From the NCBI RefSeq assembly GCF_018350175.1, contig NC_058368.1, positions 161,016,001-161,080,000 of the forward strand: a stretch of 64,000 nt of DNA, in the 5' to 3' direction. Shown here in pieces: positions 12,512 through 25,499 of this stretch. This DNA comes from Felis catus. Taxonomy: Eukaryota. The notes under the pieces were generated by a model. The model had not been told where the DNA came from and did no database searches. It worked only from the letters and a program-made list of their open reading frames with translations. The position numbers and the translations under genes are program-made. Every line of letters starts with the position of its first letter. The first letter of the stretch is position 1.

Positions 12512-13214
12512 TCCCATTACTCTTAAAACTAATACATAATTCTTAAATGTATTTTACAATTCTCTGCCTCATTTTACCAAAACTGTTTCCCTTTTATCAT
12601 CTTGCATCAAGTATGACTCCTTGCAACATCAAATCTGAATTAGGGTGATAGAAATATAACTAAAGAAAGGTAGAGAATCAGAAAGAGTACATGAGTAAGA
12701 TAACCGGGATTCAGAAGTTGAATGACATCGTATAGGTGGTTAATACTGTAACTACATATTGTACTGCATATTCATACTCCAGTGAGATACATAAAAGTGC
12801 ATATTATCAATGATATTGATGACTATGGTGTTGACAAGAACAAATCTGACAGATAGTTGGCTGAGATCTATTTTAAAAGGATTGACTTCTAAGAGACTTG
12901 TATGGATTGAGAACACTGACAAGTAATCGTCTCCTTGAGAACAAGAACTATGTCCTAGGAATCCTCATATCCACTAAAATTTAGTGTTGACCATAACTCA
13001 TGAAATATAGAAGTCAATGTAATTTTTTAAGTATGAGTTTCAACTAGTCTTAAAATACTCTCTGAATAAGACCCAGACAGTATAATGACTCAAAAATCAG
13101 GACAACTACAAATTCAGAGGATGAGAAGAATATACTATGAGCAACTTTATACCAAAAAAATGAAAAAATTTTGAATATAGGTGAATAGTTTCAAAATATC
13201 AAGTTCCAGAAGAC

Positions 13215-13710
13215 TATTTCCAATATAATAGCCTCTTTATAAATTCAAAAAAGGAGATATTACATATTACATGTTTACAGTTCTATATAAAACATTTATA
13301 TGTGGCATATATATTATAAATGTTGTTTAAAATATATACAATAAAATTGATGCGTGTATGATAAAGCACATTTGTATCAATTTATATATCAACAACATGC
13401 TGCATCATATAATATTTTCATTATATATATATATGTGATATATGAGTTACATAGTATGCCTTAATGTATATTATATATAACATGTACTTATATATCCTAT
13501 ATAGTAAATACATATATTTACATATATATATGTATGTATAATTTGTTCAAAGCAAGAGAATGATAAACAGAAGATTCAGGATAGTGTTTTCAGAGAAGTC
13601 ACTCAGTAAAAGTTGAGGAGAAGCCAATAGACAGTTTTTTGGTATGATTTTTATTCTTAGCTTGGGTGACAGGTAAAATACACATGAACATGCATATTAT
13701 ATTCTTCAAT
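13215..13710 (+). mobile_element. Ancient L1ME-like 3' end with an AT-rich low-complexity expansion
   Basis: 'aaagcaagagaatgataaacagaagattcaggatagtg...ttttattcttagcttgggtgacagg'; TA-rich tract ~13280-13540. Confidence 0.5.
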
Positions 13711-14232
13711 ATTTTAAAGTAATTCAGTAAAATTAAAAAACATTACATGCATGCTAAATATACTAGAAAGTTATTTACTAAAGATTATGATCAATCTACT
13801 TCTGAGTTCTGAAAGTCAATAGAAATAACACTATTAATGCATTTCATTCAGCAAAGATCTTTCAAACACCTTATTTGTGCCTGTGTGAGCTGTTGTTCAG
13901 AAATGGCCTGTAAATATACATAAGATCTTAAAAGCTAATATGAATTACTGGGTGAGTCTGTGACCGGCAAAGCTCATTAGTTTGTCTATAATTTATGAGA
14001 AGTATGAGAGTGTATTAAGCAATTCTTAATTTTTCAAATAACTAAAACACTGGAGTCCTTACATATTACAGTGCTCCTCACTGGTAAAATCCTTTGAGTG
14101 CATCCTGGGTCCTTAGTAAGGTCAGTCTTAGGGGCCATTCAAGTAAATTGTAAGAAATGTAGCCTTATGCTGTTGAGATACATTTTGCCTATGTTTTAAA
14201 CAACAAAAGCATATTCATTTTTCAAGTAAGCC

Positions 14233-14517
14233 TGTAGCAGGATTCACACACAGAGCATCCTGACACGGAGGCTTTTCTTTCCAGGAAGCACCTTTATTCA
14301 TGCTGGCACTCCTCAGTTGTGTTCCCACCCAGAGAACTGGGCCCTGAGTGCCTGGCATAGTTTTTTTTAATACATTTTCTATTTAATTGTCTCCCATATA
14401 TGGTAACACACAAACATGCAGTATCATTAAGTGGTCTCACATTACAAGGTCATGAAAGATGTTGTCATGTATGCGCATAGTCAGGTTGCCTTGAGGTGTT
14501 TTTTTTTTCCTACCACA
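14233..14517 (-). mobile_element. Solo LTR, ERV1-type (4 bp TSD)
   Basis: TG...CA ends; imperfect terminal inverted repeat tgtagcagga / tcctaccaca; TSD agcc (14229-14232 / 14518-14521); AATAAA on the minus strand. Confidence 0.75.
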
Positions 14518-16579
14518 AGCCAACTGATTTTTTGTTGTTAAAATCAAAGTTAATGCTATACGTAGTTTATCTGAAAGAAAAATGTTTATAATATGTATAT
14601 AAATATCTGAATGGATTTAGTACCAGTATCCAGTAAGGGGAAAATTTTTAAAAGGAAAGATGGTAAGTTTTATAGGACTTTAATTTTAGGCACACAAGAC
14701 ATTTTGAAAACTTGAGTCAATAACTACCTATTTGCACATATTTACTTTGTTTTTTAAAATAATATACTATGAATGTCATTAACTCAATAAACAGTTTACT
14801 GAGCTAAGGTTATATTGGAACTCAAGGTTAATTTGTTTTGACTGAAGTAACTATTTTTGTCTGTAAACCAGTGGTTAATCGTTTTATATATGAGTGTAAG
14901 TTGAAGAAACTCAGTTTTTCTGGTAACATCCATAGCAAATTTTTTTTTTGCCCTATTTTTTAGGTACAGTGATCATTATTCTTACTCTTGTCTTCTACTA
15001 AATATCCACACTGGGAAGAATTAGACACTGTGGTGACAAGGTGTATAAATTCGTTCTGTTACAGAAAGTTTCTTTCTTTAAACTTAATATTATTACAATA
15101 TATTACATAAATGAACACTGGCAATAAAGAAATGATTCAAGGACTGATTAAAGGATTCAATGACTTATTGAATATTCTAGTTGCCAGCTCACTTATTTCC
15201 CTATGAGGGGCAGTTAGTTACATAGCTGTTAAATCCCCATTACACAGTTGAGGTTCCTCAGACATCTCAGCTACCAAGTATCAAAATCAAGTGGGATACA
15301 TTCTCTGTCTTCCAAGTCTGAGTTATATCTTGTTTTGTAAACCCCAAGTCAGAACACAAAACAAACAAACTTGAGTGTCAATAGGCCAATAGTGAAGAAG
15401 TCTTCCCACGATTGGAACTGTCACCACGAGACCCACCTATACTAGAACGAGGAGCCCTAAGGCTGTTGATTTGTCTTGTCAAAATCTTGTAAGGGGACCC
15501 ATAGGGTTCAGATCCCCATTTCAATGTTACCCAAGAAAGTACATTTGCCTCTTGCAAATATCCTTTTTCCTAAATACTAAACATGATCCATTTAGTGTCT
15601 AAAGTTGCTTACGGCCTTTTTAACTTCATACGCATTTCTCTCTACATTCATTCATTTTATTCTGGTTTGTAAAAGGGAAGAGGGATCCATCTGCCAGTAC
15701 ATTCTCCCGTCACAATGTCTGGTTCTTGCTAACAAATGTTGAAGAGTGTTGATTTGTTAGAAGCAAACTGTCAATATATTTACCCACATACTTACATTAC
15801 CCTATGCCATTCTGCTATTTACAGGGATATGTGTTGCTTTTCATGTTTAATGATTATTGCTGCTTTTTTTGTGTGTCTAGGGGCAAGTTTAGATATGATG
15901 AAATGAATTGTTTGACAAGTTCTAAGTCAAAAGTGCAACGTTAATTGAGGTTAAGTCATCTCTGACAGCATTAGAAGAAAAGATTGATATGAGCAGTATT
16001 TTTTTTTCTTAACAAACCCTCTTAATTTTTTTCATGTACTGAGTCATAAAATACTTATTCAAATGAATTTGGATTTTTTTTTGACTTTTTAAGTTGTTTT
16101 AAGGAGAAATGCAGTAGATTAAGAATATAAGAAAAAAAACTTTAAAAACCGAATTACCAAGGGAGCTCTGGAATTGGTTAAACATATTTACTTACTATTG
16201 TAAACTTAACTGTAAGGCAAAAAAAAAGAAGAAAGAATAATTTATTTTTGCTCTACATAGTAATGACTAAGACTATCATTTACAAATGACTAAATCTGGT
16301 CTCTACTGAAATGCTTGGAATTGATATGTCAATGTATATATTCATTAAACAAATATTTTTGTTTACTTATCAGGTATGAAATATATCCCAGAAAAGACAC
16401 ATGATATATAGATAGCAAAAGATTGAAAAGATACACATATGTAGGTGTGTGAGATGTTAGGATAAATTTAAATGTGTGCATTTATCTTAAATATGTACTG
16501 AGATCCTGGTATTCATAGCAGATAGACCAAATACCTGCCATGTAATATGCCAAATTCAATCAAAAAGTGGTTCAGAACA

Positions 16580-16777
16580 TGGGTGTCTGGGTGGCTCAGT
16601 CAGTTAAGCATTTGGCTCTTGATTTTGGCTCAGGTCATGATCTCATGATTCATGAGTTCAAGCCCTGCATCTGGCTCCATGCTCTGCAGAGTCTGCCTGG
16701 GATTCTCTCTCCTCCCTCTCTCTCTGCCCCTCCCCAACTTGTGTTCTCTTTCAAAATAAATAAGCTTCAAAAAAAAA
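16580..16777 (+). mobile_element. CAN-SINE
   Basis: SINE head and tail; TSD aaaaagtggttcagaaca / aaaaggtggttcagaaca. Confidence 0.95.
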
Positions 16778-16904
16778 AAAAGGTGGTTCAGAACAGAATG
16801 CAAAGTCATTTTGTAAGTTTGTACTGTGGGATAAGAAAGAAGGAATCCTTTCTGGAAATCTGGTGTCAAGAGAAAATATTGTTATTCTTTCAAAAATATG
16901 TGTT

Positions 16905-17108
16905 TTATTTTTTGTTTTAAATGTTTAGTTTTGAGAGAGAAAGAACGAGCGAGCACAAGTGAGGTAGGGACAGAGAGAGGGAAACAGAATCTGAATCAGG
17001 CTCTGTGCTGACAGCAGAGAGCCCGATGTAGGGCTTGAACTCACAAGCTACAAGATCATGACCTGAGCCTAAGTTTGACACTTAACCAACTTAGCCCCCA
17101 GGAGCCCC
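16905..17108 (-). mobile_element. CAN-SINE
   Basis: Reverse SINE ending 'caggagcccc'. Confidence 0.93.
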
Positions 17109-17136
17109 AAAATAATTTTTTCAAACAGAAAAACTT

Positions 17137-17302
17137 GGTGGCTCAGTTGACTTAGCATCTAACTCTTGATTTCAGCTCATGTCATGATCCTAGGATCATG
17201 GGATCAAGCCCCGTGTAAAGCCTGTTTAAGATTCTTTCTCTCTCCCTCTGCTCCTCTCCCCTTCTTTCAACCTCTCAAAAAAATATAAAAAAAAAAAAAA
17301 AA
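17137..17302 (+). mobile_element. Older CAN-SINE, 5'-clipped with an internal deletion
   Basis: 'ggtggctcagttgac...catgatcctaggatcatgggatcaagcccc', poly-A; TSD core aaaacttg. Confidence 0.88.
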
Positions 17303-18358
17303 GAAAAGGAAAACTTGCTGACAACTTATTTAATCAAAAAGAATACAACAAAGATCAACATTCCATTGTGTGCTTTGCTTTATGGTGTCTGCCCAGGACC
17401 ATACCTTCTTTATTAGAATAATTGTATTTGTACTTAAATTCTGAAGAAACCTTTGGCATCTAATGAATTAACTGCATAAAATCCTTGGCCTCTATGTTCA
17501 GTCTCAAAACAAACATGTTTTTCTAAATAGGATACAAGGAAATATGAATGAGGCCAGTTATCAAGTTGGTTATTTTGAATTACTAGAGAGGGATGTTTAC
17601 GCTAAGGTTAAGGTAAAATATTTTCTGAGAGGAACACAGGGGAGAGGGGAAAGCAGACGAAGTAATTTAGAAGACCGGAAAAGGTATGAATTGGCTTTTG
17701 TGGATAAAGACACATGAAATCAAAGAGGACAAAGACCAAGATGTGCTAGCTTATTCCTTTTCTTTTTCTTCCAAAGTGTGTTTTCAACAACCACCCCCAT
17801 GCCCCACCCCACCTTTTTATTTTGACAGCTAAGATAGATATTTGGTTCTCACCATTAATATCTCAGAGAGGTTTGCGTGGCATGTAAACAAATATTCCGG
17901 GCACATGGGGCCATAGATCAAAAGAAGATTCATGCTTTAGAGAGCACCTGAGCTTGAATAGCTTTCAGAAAGTAGATGGATTTTAAAGTGTATTAAAAGA
18001 CAAACTGCATACCAAACAAAGTGAAGAAGACAAAATAAGTGATGAAATGCTGGGGATGGTTCCACTAATCAGAACTTGCAAAGGCAGAATCCAAACTCAT
18101 TGTCTTATGATTTCAACATATAGTTCCAAACTGGGTAGTTCACAAACACTAGTGCTACCCAATGATTTATGCCGTCTTCCTTCCATTAGGAGGCTGTACA
18201 TCCAGCTGTGATACTAGAAGCCAATATAGATACCAATGTCACTAGATTACTGATAGCCTTGTCCTACTTACAGATGAGAAAAACATGTAAGCAATCAGTT
18301 GATCATGTAAAGGTAAATGTTAATGTATGTCATTTTTTCCTTTTAATCACTTATAATT

Positions 18359-18573
18359 AAAAAAAAATTTAATGTTTATTTATTTTTGAGAGAGACAGAG
18401 ACAGAATGCAAGTGGGTTAGGGGCAGAGGGAGAAGGAGACACAGAATCGGAAGCAGGCTCCAGTCTCTGAGCTGTCAGCCCAGAGCCCGACGCGGAGCTT
18501 GAACTCACAAACCATGAGATTGTGATCTGAGCCGAAGTCGGTCACTCAACCAACTGAGCCACCCAGGCGCCCC
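18359..18573 (-). mobile_element. CAN-SINE
   Basis: TSD atcacttataatt (18346-18358 / 18576-18588). Confidence 0.96.
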
Positions 18574-18955
18574 TCATCACTTATAATTTAGAAAACATGT
18601 ATACATTATTAATCTGTTGACTAAGTCAATCCATTTGAAAATAAGTTTTATTTAATCCTAATGGATCCCCCCTCCATTTTTATTGTGATTCTGTACGATT
18701 TTATGAATTCTAATGAATAGGGTTTTGTTTTGTTTTGTTTTGTTTTTGTTTGTTTTTTCTTTAGTATTTACCTGACTTACACAGTCAAGCAACCTTTTGC
18801 TTGTAAACTAGTCTGTTCTCCTAGATGGAAATCAAATTCACACTATATAATGATCAAATAAATCACTTATTATACACAAAAACTTATTTGTATTAAACAT
18901 AGAAGAACATAGCCACATACAGGCATGAGAAGGGTCCTCGAAAAGCCTGATCTTT

Positions 18956-19167
18956 GGGGCCCTGGGTGGCTCAGTCAATTAAGGGTCCAACTTCGGCTCA
19001 GGTAATGATCTCACAGTTTGTAAGTTCCAGCCCCACATGGGGCTCTATGCTGATAGCTCAGATCTTTGAGCCTGCTTCAGATTCTGTGTCTCCCTCTCTC
19101 TCTGCCTCCCCCGCTCACACTCTGTATCTCTCTCTCTCAAAAATCAATAAACATTAAAAAAATTTTT
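18956..19167 (+). mobile_element. CAN-SINE
   Basis: TSD aaaagcctgatcttt / aaaatctgatcttt. Confidence 0.95.
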
Positions 19168-19273
19168 AAAAATCTGATCTTTGTACATGCTCCATGGAAG
19201 TTTATACTTGTCATATTGAGCCCCTGTAAGAGCTAAATATATAGGAAACTGTAAAAATATGGGTTAAAGAAAG

Positions 19274-20108
19274 TCAACACCCGAAAAACCAATAATCCAG
19301 TGAAGAAATGGGCAGAATACATGAATAGACACTTTTCCAAAGACGACATCTTTGGCCAACAGACACATGAAAAGATGCTCAATGTCACTGTTCATCAGAG
19401 AAATACAAATCAAAACCACACTGAGATACCACCTCACGCTGGTCAGAGGCTAACATGAACAAATCAGGAGACTACAGATGCTGGTGAGGATGTGGAGAAA
19501 CAGGAAACCTCTTGCACTTTTGGTGGGAATGCAAACTTGTGCAGCTGTTCTGGAAAACAGCATGGAGTTTCTTCAAAAAATTAAAAATAGAACTACCCTA
19601 TAACCCAGTAATAGCAGTACTTAGAATTTACCCAAGGGATACAGGAGTGCTGATTCATAAGGGCACATAAACCCCAATGTTTATAGCAGTTCTTTCAACA
19701 GTAGCGAAATTATGGAAAGAGCCTAAATGTCCATCAACTGATGAATGGATAAAGAAGATGTGGTTTATATATACAATGGAATACTACTCGGCAAGGAGAA
19801 AGAATAAAATCATGCCATTTGCAGCAACGTGGATGGAATTGGAAGGTATTATGCTGAGTGAAATGAGTCAGTCAGAAAAGGACAGATATCATATATTTTC
19901 AATCATATGAGGGAAGGGAAGGGGAAAAAATAGTTACAGAGAGGGAAGGAGGCAAACCATGAGACTCTTAAATATAGAGAACAAACTGAGAGTGGATGGG
20001 GGTGGTGGAGGAGACGGGAAAATGGGTGATGGGCATTGAGGAGGGCACTTGTTGGGATGAACACTGGGTACTGCATGTAAGCCAATGTGACAAGAGATTG
20101 TATTAAAA

Positions 20109-20116
<8 letters not shown>
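19274..20116 (+). mobile_element. 5'-truncated L1 3' end with poly-A
   Basis: ORF2 C-terminus MFIAVLSTVAKLWKEPKCPSTDEWIKKMW (19677-19910), feliform 3'UTR, poly-A. Confidence 0.95.

Positions 20117-20166
<50 letters not shown>
20116..20166. repeat. (TA)n microsatellite at the L1 tail
   Basis: Direct dinucleotide run. Confidence 0.97.
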
Positions 20167-20169
<3 letters not shown>

Positions 20170-21488
20170 AAGGAATGGTTTCAGAGTTAGGTAATATACA
20201 CTAAAATTCCCTTAAAAATGTTCTTGCTGGAATAAGAGCTCTTCCACTGTGTGTTTCAAGGTAAAGAAGTAATACTTTATATTTAAAATCTGAAAAGCTG
20301 ATTACTCTTTTCTTCAGAAGACTATCAAAAGTTGTACATTTGCATTGCAAGTAAACATTTCAGATAAATATGGGGACTTTTGAAAGAATGCCTAGGAAGA
20401 AATTTCTGTATACAGAATGGAAAAATAGGTCCTTAAAGTAACTTGTTTTACATTTGGATAAAACATTAGAAAAATAATTAAAATAAGCTAAAAATCTTTA
20501 TGAAACTACAAATGTCTCCTTACCATACTTCAAGGGCATTATTTTTCAAAAGTAAGAAAAAATATAGGATTTCATATTCATTTTCAAAGCTTCCATATTT
20601 AATAGATATAATTCTATTATCCTGTTTAGGTTAAAATAATTCTAATCAATATAAGGACAGTGATTTCTAAAAAATACAAAGAAGGAAGAGGAGGGAGAAG
20701 AAGAAAAAGGGAAGAAAAGGAAAAGCCAAGGAAAAATATGTATGTAAACTTAGCAAAAAGGTGCAAAACCAATCCAGGAAAACTACACAATATTCCTGTA
20801 AGACACAAAGACAGAGATGGTTAAATGGAAATAAATCCAATACTTGTGGATCAGAAGAGTCAAAAGTTTAAAGTTATCAATTCTTACTAAGATAGCAATC
20901 TCAATAAAAAGGCCACTAATCATGTGTTTGCCCTTTTCCTGTAGTTGGTAAAATGATAAAGTATTCTATTTGAAAAAGAAAGCAACACACAAAACCAAGA
21001 ATAGCTGAGGAAAACCCAAAGAGACAAGACAAAGATGGCAGAAGATGAGAAGATGAGGAGTTTGTATTCATAAAGGTCTGGTATTACATAGTCGGATAAG
21101 TTATTGTAGAACAGTATCAAGTCTGCATTGGAAAAGTGGTATTTAGGACATGAAAAGTATATGTCAAATAAGTTGGAAATATGTTGACTTTCAATAAATG
21201 TTTTGGAAGGAATAGTCATGGAAAAATAAAAGCAAATAGTCATATGGAAACATTATTTGGTAAAAATAAGAGTCCAAATGTATGAGAAATTTAAATGTTA
21301 AAAAATGTAAGAATAAGTACTAGTAAAACATATGCATAAATAACTTGCATATGCAGTAAAACATATGCATAAATAAACATGCATAAATAACTAGAACTGG
21401 CAAAAACTTTAATTTGATTAAAAATCCATAAACAACAAAGGAAAATTTGACAAATTACTTATAATTATGAAAGAAAACCAAAAATTTT

Positions 21489-21704
21489 ATTAAACTTTTT
21501 CTTAATGTTTATTTATTTTTGAGACAGAGGGAGACCGAGCATGAGCAGGAGAGGAGCAGAGAGAGAAGGAGACAGAGAATCTGAAGCATCTCCAGGCTCT
21601 GAACTGTCAGCACAGAGCCCAACGCAGGGCTCGAACTCACAACCGCAAGATCATGACCTGAGCCAAAGTCAGAGGCCCAAACAACTGAGCCACTCAAGCT
21701 CACC
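21489..21704 (-). mobile_element. CAN-SINE
   Basis: TSD aaaaccaaaaatttt / aaaagcaaaaatttt. Confidence 0.94.
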
Positions 21705-21754
21705 AAAAAGCAAAAATTTTAAGTAAAAACCATATTTTAAAAAAATTACTAGTT

Positions 21755-21971
21755 GGGGCACCTGGGTGGCGCAGTCGGTTAAGCGTCAGACTTCAGCCAG
21801 GTCACGATCTTGCGGTCCGTGAGTTCGAGCCCCGCGTCAGGCTCTGGGCTGATGGCTCAGAGCCTGGAGCCTGTTTCCGATTCTGTGTCTCCCTCTCTCT
21901 CTGCCCCTCCCCCGTTCATGCTCTGTCTCTCTCTGTCCCAAAAAAATAAATAAACGTTGAAAAAAAATTTA
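21755..21971 (+). mobile_element. Very young CAN-SINE
   Basis: CpG-intact head; perfect TSD aaaaaaattactagt (21739-21753 / 21972-21986). Confidence 0.98.
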
Positions 21972-23299
21972 AAAAAAATTACTAGTGAGAAAAATACTAT
22001 TTATAATTTATATCCCCATCTAATATTTAAGTATCCTGTAAAAATAAAAAATAAATAAGCCAACAACTCTATTAGAAAATTGGCTGGAAATTTCAAGAGA
22101 ATGATACAGGAAAAAAGTAAAGTAAATAGCTCTTAATCATATAAAAACATGATCTTTTTTTATAAAATAAAATATAAAAACAACAATATTAAAATATCAA
22201 ACCTTTCTTATTAGAATGGAAGGATTCAAAATTTTGATTAAAAACTCTGTTGTTACAGTTGTGGAATGTCAGAGAGTACAATCCTATAGAGAGAAATTTG
22301 CCAATATTCAGCAAAAGTGCTTATGCATTTAACACTTTCAACCAGCAATAATATGTCCAGTATTTTTTACTAAATCAGAAAAATACAAAAAAGTTATATG
22401 CAAAAGGCTACTCACTGAACATTTTTACAATGACTACATATCAGAAACACTAAATATCTTTAGGAAACTGGTTAAATTAAGGTATGGTCCACACACGTAA
22501 TGGAAGTTATTCAGCCATAAAAGGGAATGAGGAACACTTGTATGTATTACTATGGAGTGGTCACAAGGATATTTATTACATCAGTAAGATGGAAAAAGAG
22601 TGTCTATTATGCTATTTTTACATTACAGTCCATATTTTAAAATACATTTTATTTCTATATATGTCAACTATAAAGTTGATAGGGGATACTATATAGATTT
22701 AAATTCATATTTACTTTCATTAGATTAATAGTGGAAAACAAAAGCCTAGTTTAAAAAATTATTATGGGGCTTAGTAGGAAATAGATAAAAAGGGCATGTA
22801 AAAAAGCTAAAATTTTATTTTACTTTGTTTTGAAGATATGACTTAGGCTTCACATAAATATTTTATACAATTAAACAACAAATTTAAACAGCAATCTCTA
22901 AAAGTCAGTAGTTAAATAAAGCAACTGTATTTCAGCTGTGGGTTTACCATACAGAAAATACTCCAAGTGGGTATAACCACAAACATTTGTTTATACCCCC
23001 GCTGGCATATACAACAGCAAACAATAACAACAACAGAGACAGAGAAACTTAAAACTGTTTCGAGTCATCATATTTTTGGTGGCCTGCTTTCTTCTCTTGT
23101 AAATTAAAACAGGGTTTGTCAAAGACTTTTGCTTCTCGCCTATTGGGTCAAATGGCACATGGGTTACATTTTTGTGCTAAAACAAAGTTACAAGAAAGGT
23201 GCAGTGAAGTTCACCTCACCACTGACAAAAAGCAAACAGAGCAAGATGATGAAATGCAATGAACATTGGTAGAGTTACAAGGAGTTCTCAGTTATTTGC

Positions 23300-23450
23300 C
23301 TGGTTTAGCCACTTACTAAGACCTGAAACTTCATACCTAAGTGTTCCTAAAACCTCTTTTTACTCATTTTAATGTAGTGAAAATAAGACCTTCCTACCTA
23401 AATTGCTTTGAAAATAAAATTAGAAAATATGTTTGAAAGGCCTTTGGAAG
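23300..23450 (+). mobile_element. MIR fragment
   Basis: 'gccacttactaag...aaaataagaccttcctacctaaattgctttgaaaataaaattagaaaatatg' resembles the MIR core. Confidence 0.45.
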
Positions 23451-24429
23451 TGGTCTTTAGAAGACTAAGTGTTCAAAGCTTTTTGTTGTCATCTTAAAGA
23501 AGTTGTATTTCTCTACAATTTCTCCTCCATTGATTTCCATTTAGATATCACAGTTCCTATACTGGCTCACTCTAAGCATGGTAAAATATTCATTTAAATG
23601 GTTTTCATTTACAATTTATTCTTATTCTAAGTGATCCTAATAAAGAAGCCAAGGATTTAAATCCTGTAGTTAGAGTACTGGTTTTCAACGCTGTGCAAGT
23701 ATATAATTTTGCCCTAATTCTGAAGAACTTTTAAATGGGCCAACAGCATCATTTACCTATAAAGTTAAATCATTTGCTTTCTATAAGAGTTCAGACTATA
23801 TTTCTGACAGTAGTTTTAAATTGTATTAACAAATAGATTTATTTCCTTAATATTTGTAACTTGGCATCCAAAATCAACTGGTCTCCATATGACCATGTTC
23901 TTCTTGTAAAGTGAATATGCGCAAAGTATCTCTTTTCTGTTTTAATTGGATCACACGTTTTGATGGATCAAACATTCTCGGTGATGGAACAACTTATATA
24001 AAGTGAAGACTATATTTATATTTTGAGAAAGAATGTACTTAATTTACAACTATGGGAGATATCTTAGATATATACATATAATGAACATTCTCTATAGCAT
24101 CTGTGCTTAGATGATCTTTAATAGAGGAGCCGATAATTTTATAATCAACATCAATACTATAACTATAAATAGTGTACATATTCAATAATTCACAAAACAC
24201 ATAGGTGTTTTTTACAGCTTATCTAAATTTACTTAACTGTCACCTTAATTATTGTCTGATAGAAGACATTTAATTTTAAAAGATTTAGCATTATTGTTCT
24301 TAAATGCAGTATGAAACTCCTTATTTCTAGATGAAAATAAATGGAAAATTATGGTTATCATATGTATGAGTTGGAGAATTTATTTGGCCCACTTATATCA
24401 AACATATATAAATTAGGTCAAAGATTAAT

Positions 24430-24655
24430 TTTTTTTTACTGGAAATAATTTTGGATTTATAAATGAGTTGTGAATCTAATTAGATTCCTCTAATGTTATC
24501 ATTTTATATAAGCATGCTCAATATTTCAATGCTAATAAATTAACATTAGTGTCATACTGTTAACTATATACTGTATTCACATTTTCCCAGTTTTCCCATT
24601 ACTTTTCTTTGTTTTTGGTTCAGTATTCAATGCAGGATATTACATCAGTGTAAAT
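24430..24655 (-). mobile_element. L1MC-like 3' terminal fragment
   Basis: T-rich tail, then 'ctggaaataattttggatttata...aaattaacattagtgtcatactgttaact'. Confidence 0.5.
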
Positions 24656-25499
24656 TTGACATTAATGTTAAAGAAAAGGAATTTAATTCTCTGTATCAAA
24701 TGATTAGCACAGATGCTGTTTGTTTTTAATTTTAACTTTGTTTTCAATGTTTAATTCTCACTTTTGTATACTGATTTTTCTATGTGGAAAATGGTAGCTA
24801 AATTATTTGTACATTTTGACTCATCTTGTTTAGATTCATAATTTTTAACATTACAGGAGAAATACTTTGACATTGAAATTTTATATAAATAGGTATTACT
24901 ATTTATTTTCACTTATTTTATCTCATGAGAATGGTGTCCTTTTATTAATTCATCACACTTTTGCTCAAGTAGGCTAACTGGTAGGAATAAATTCAGCATA
25001 ATTTACTGAAATATACAACAATATAAGCTCTTGAATCTGGTGTATAATTATAAGTTATTTTCTGTGGCATCACATATCAGATTTTCATTTGACATCTAAA
25101 AATATTCAAACATCAAGAATAACCATCCATATTCACAATGAAAATACAAAATTTTATTCTATGAGCCCGCAGTATTGTAATAAATTGCAATTATTATTAC
25201 CACTTAAACCATTCTCTTAGTATCAATCCTGGTATCACAGAAAAAGACTGTACTTAGTGCTAGAAAATGGGGGATGCAACATATTCTTCCGTTTAGCAGT
25301 TGTTTAACTTGAGATATGAGGCTCAAGGTCTCTGAGCCAGAGAGTCTGGATATATGAAAAAGGGACCATAGAAAAATTATGAAATTAACATTTTACACAA
25401 ACTTTATAGAAAATAATAGTATGGAGAAAACATAAATTGGTTAATACACTTATTCATGTATGTATCTGAGCAATCACTGGGCCTCAGTAATATGCATTC

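Larger units (their letters stand above)
20730..23080 (+). mobile_element. Ancient L1M (L1MC-like) ORF2 3' region and 3'UTR, interrupted by two SINEs
   Basis: Degenerate ORF2-like sequence ('ttaaatggaaataaatccaatacttgtggatcagaagag', 'tggaagttattcagccataaaagggaatgagg'). Confidence 0.6.

Noticed and set aside
17531..17612. AG/GT-bounded 82 nt open segment (IQGNMNEASYQVGYFELLERDVYAKVK)
   Set aside because: Weak donor (GTAAAA), no recognisable homology and no partner exons; likely chance, though RNA-seq could overturn this
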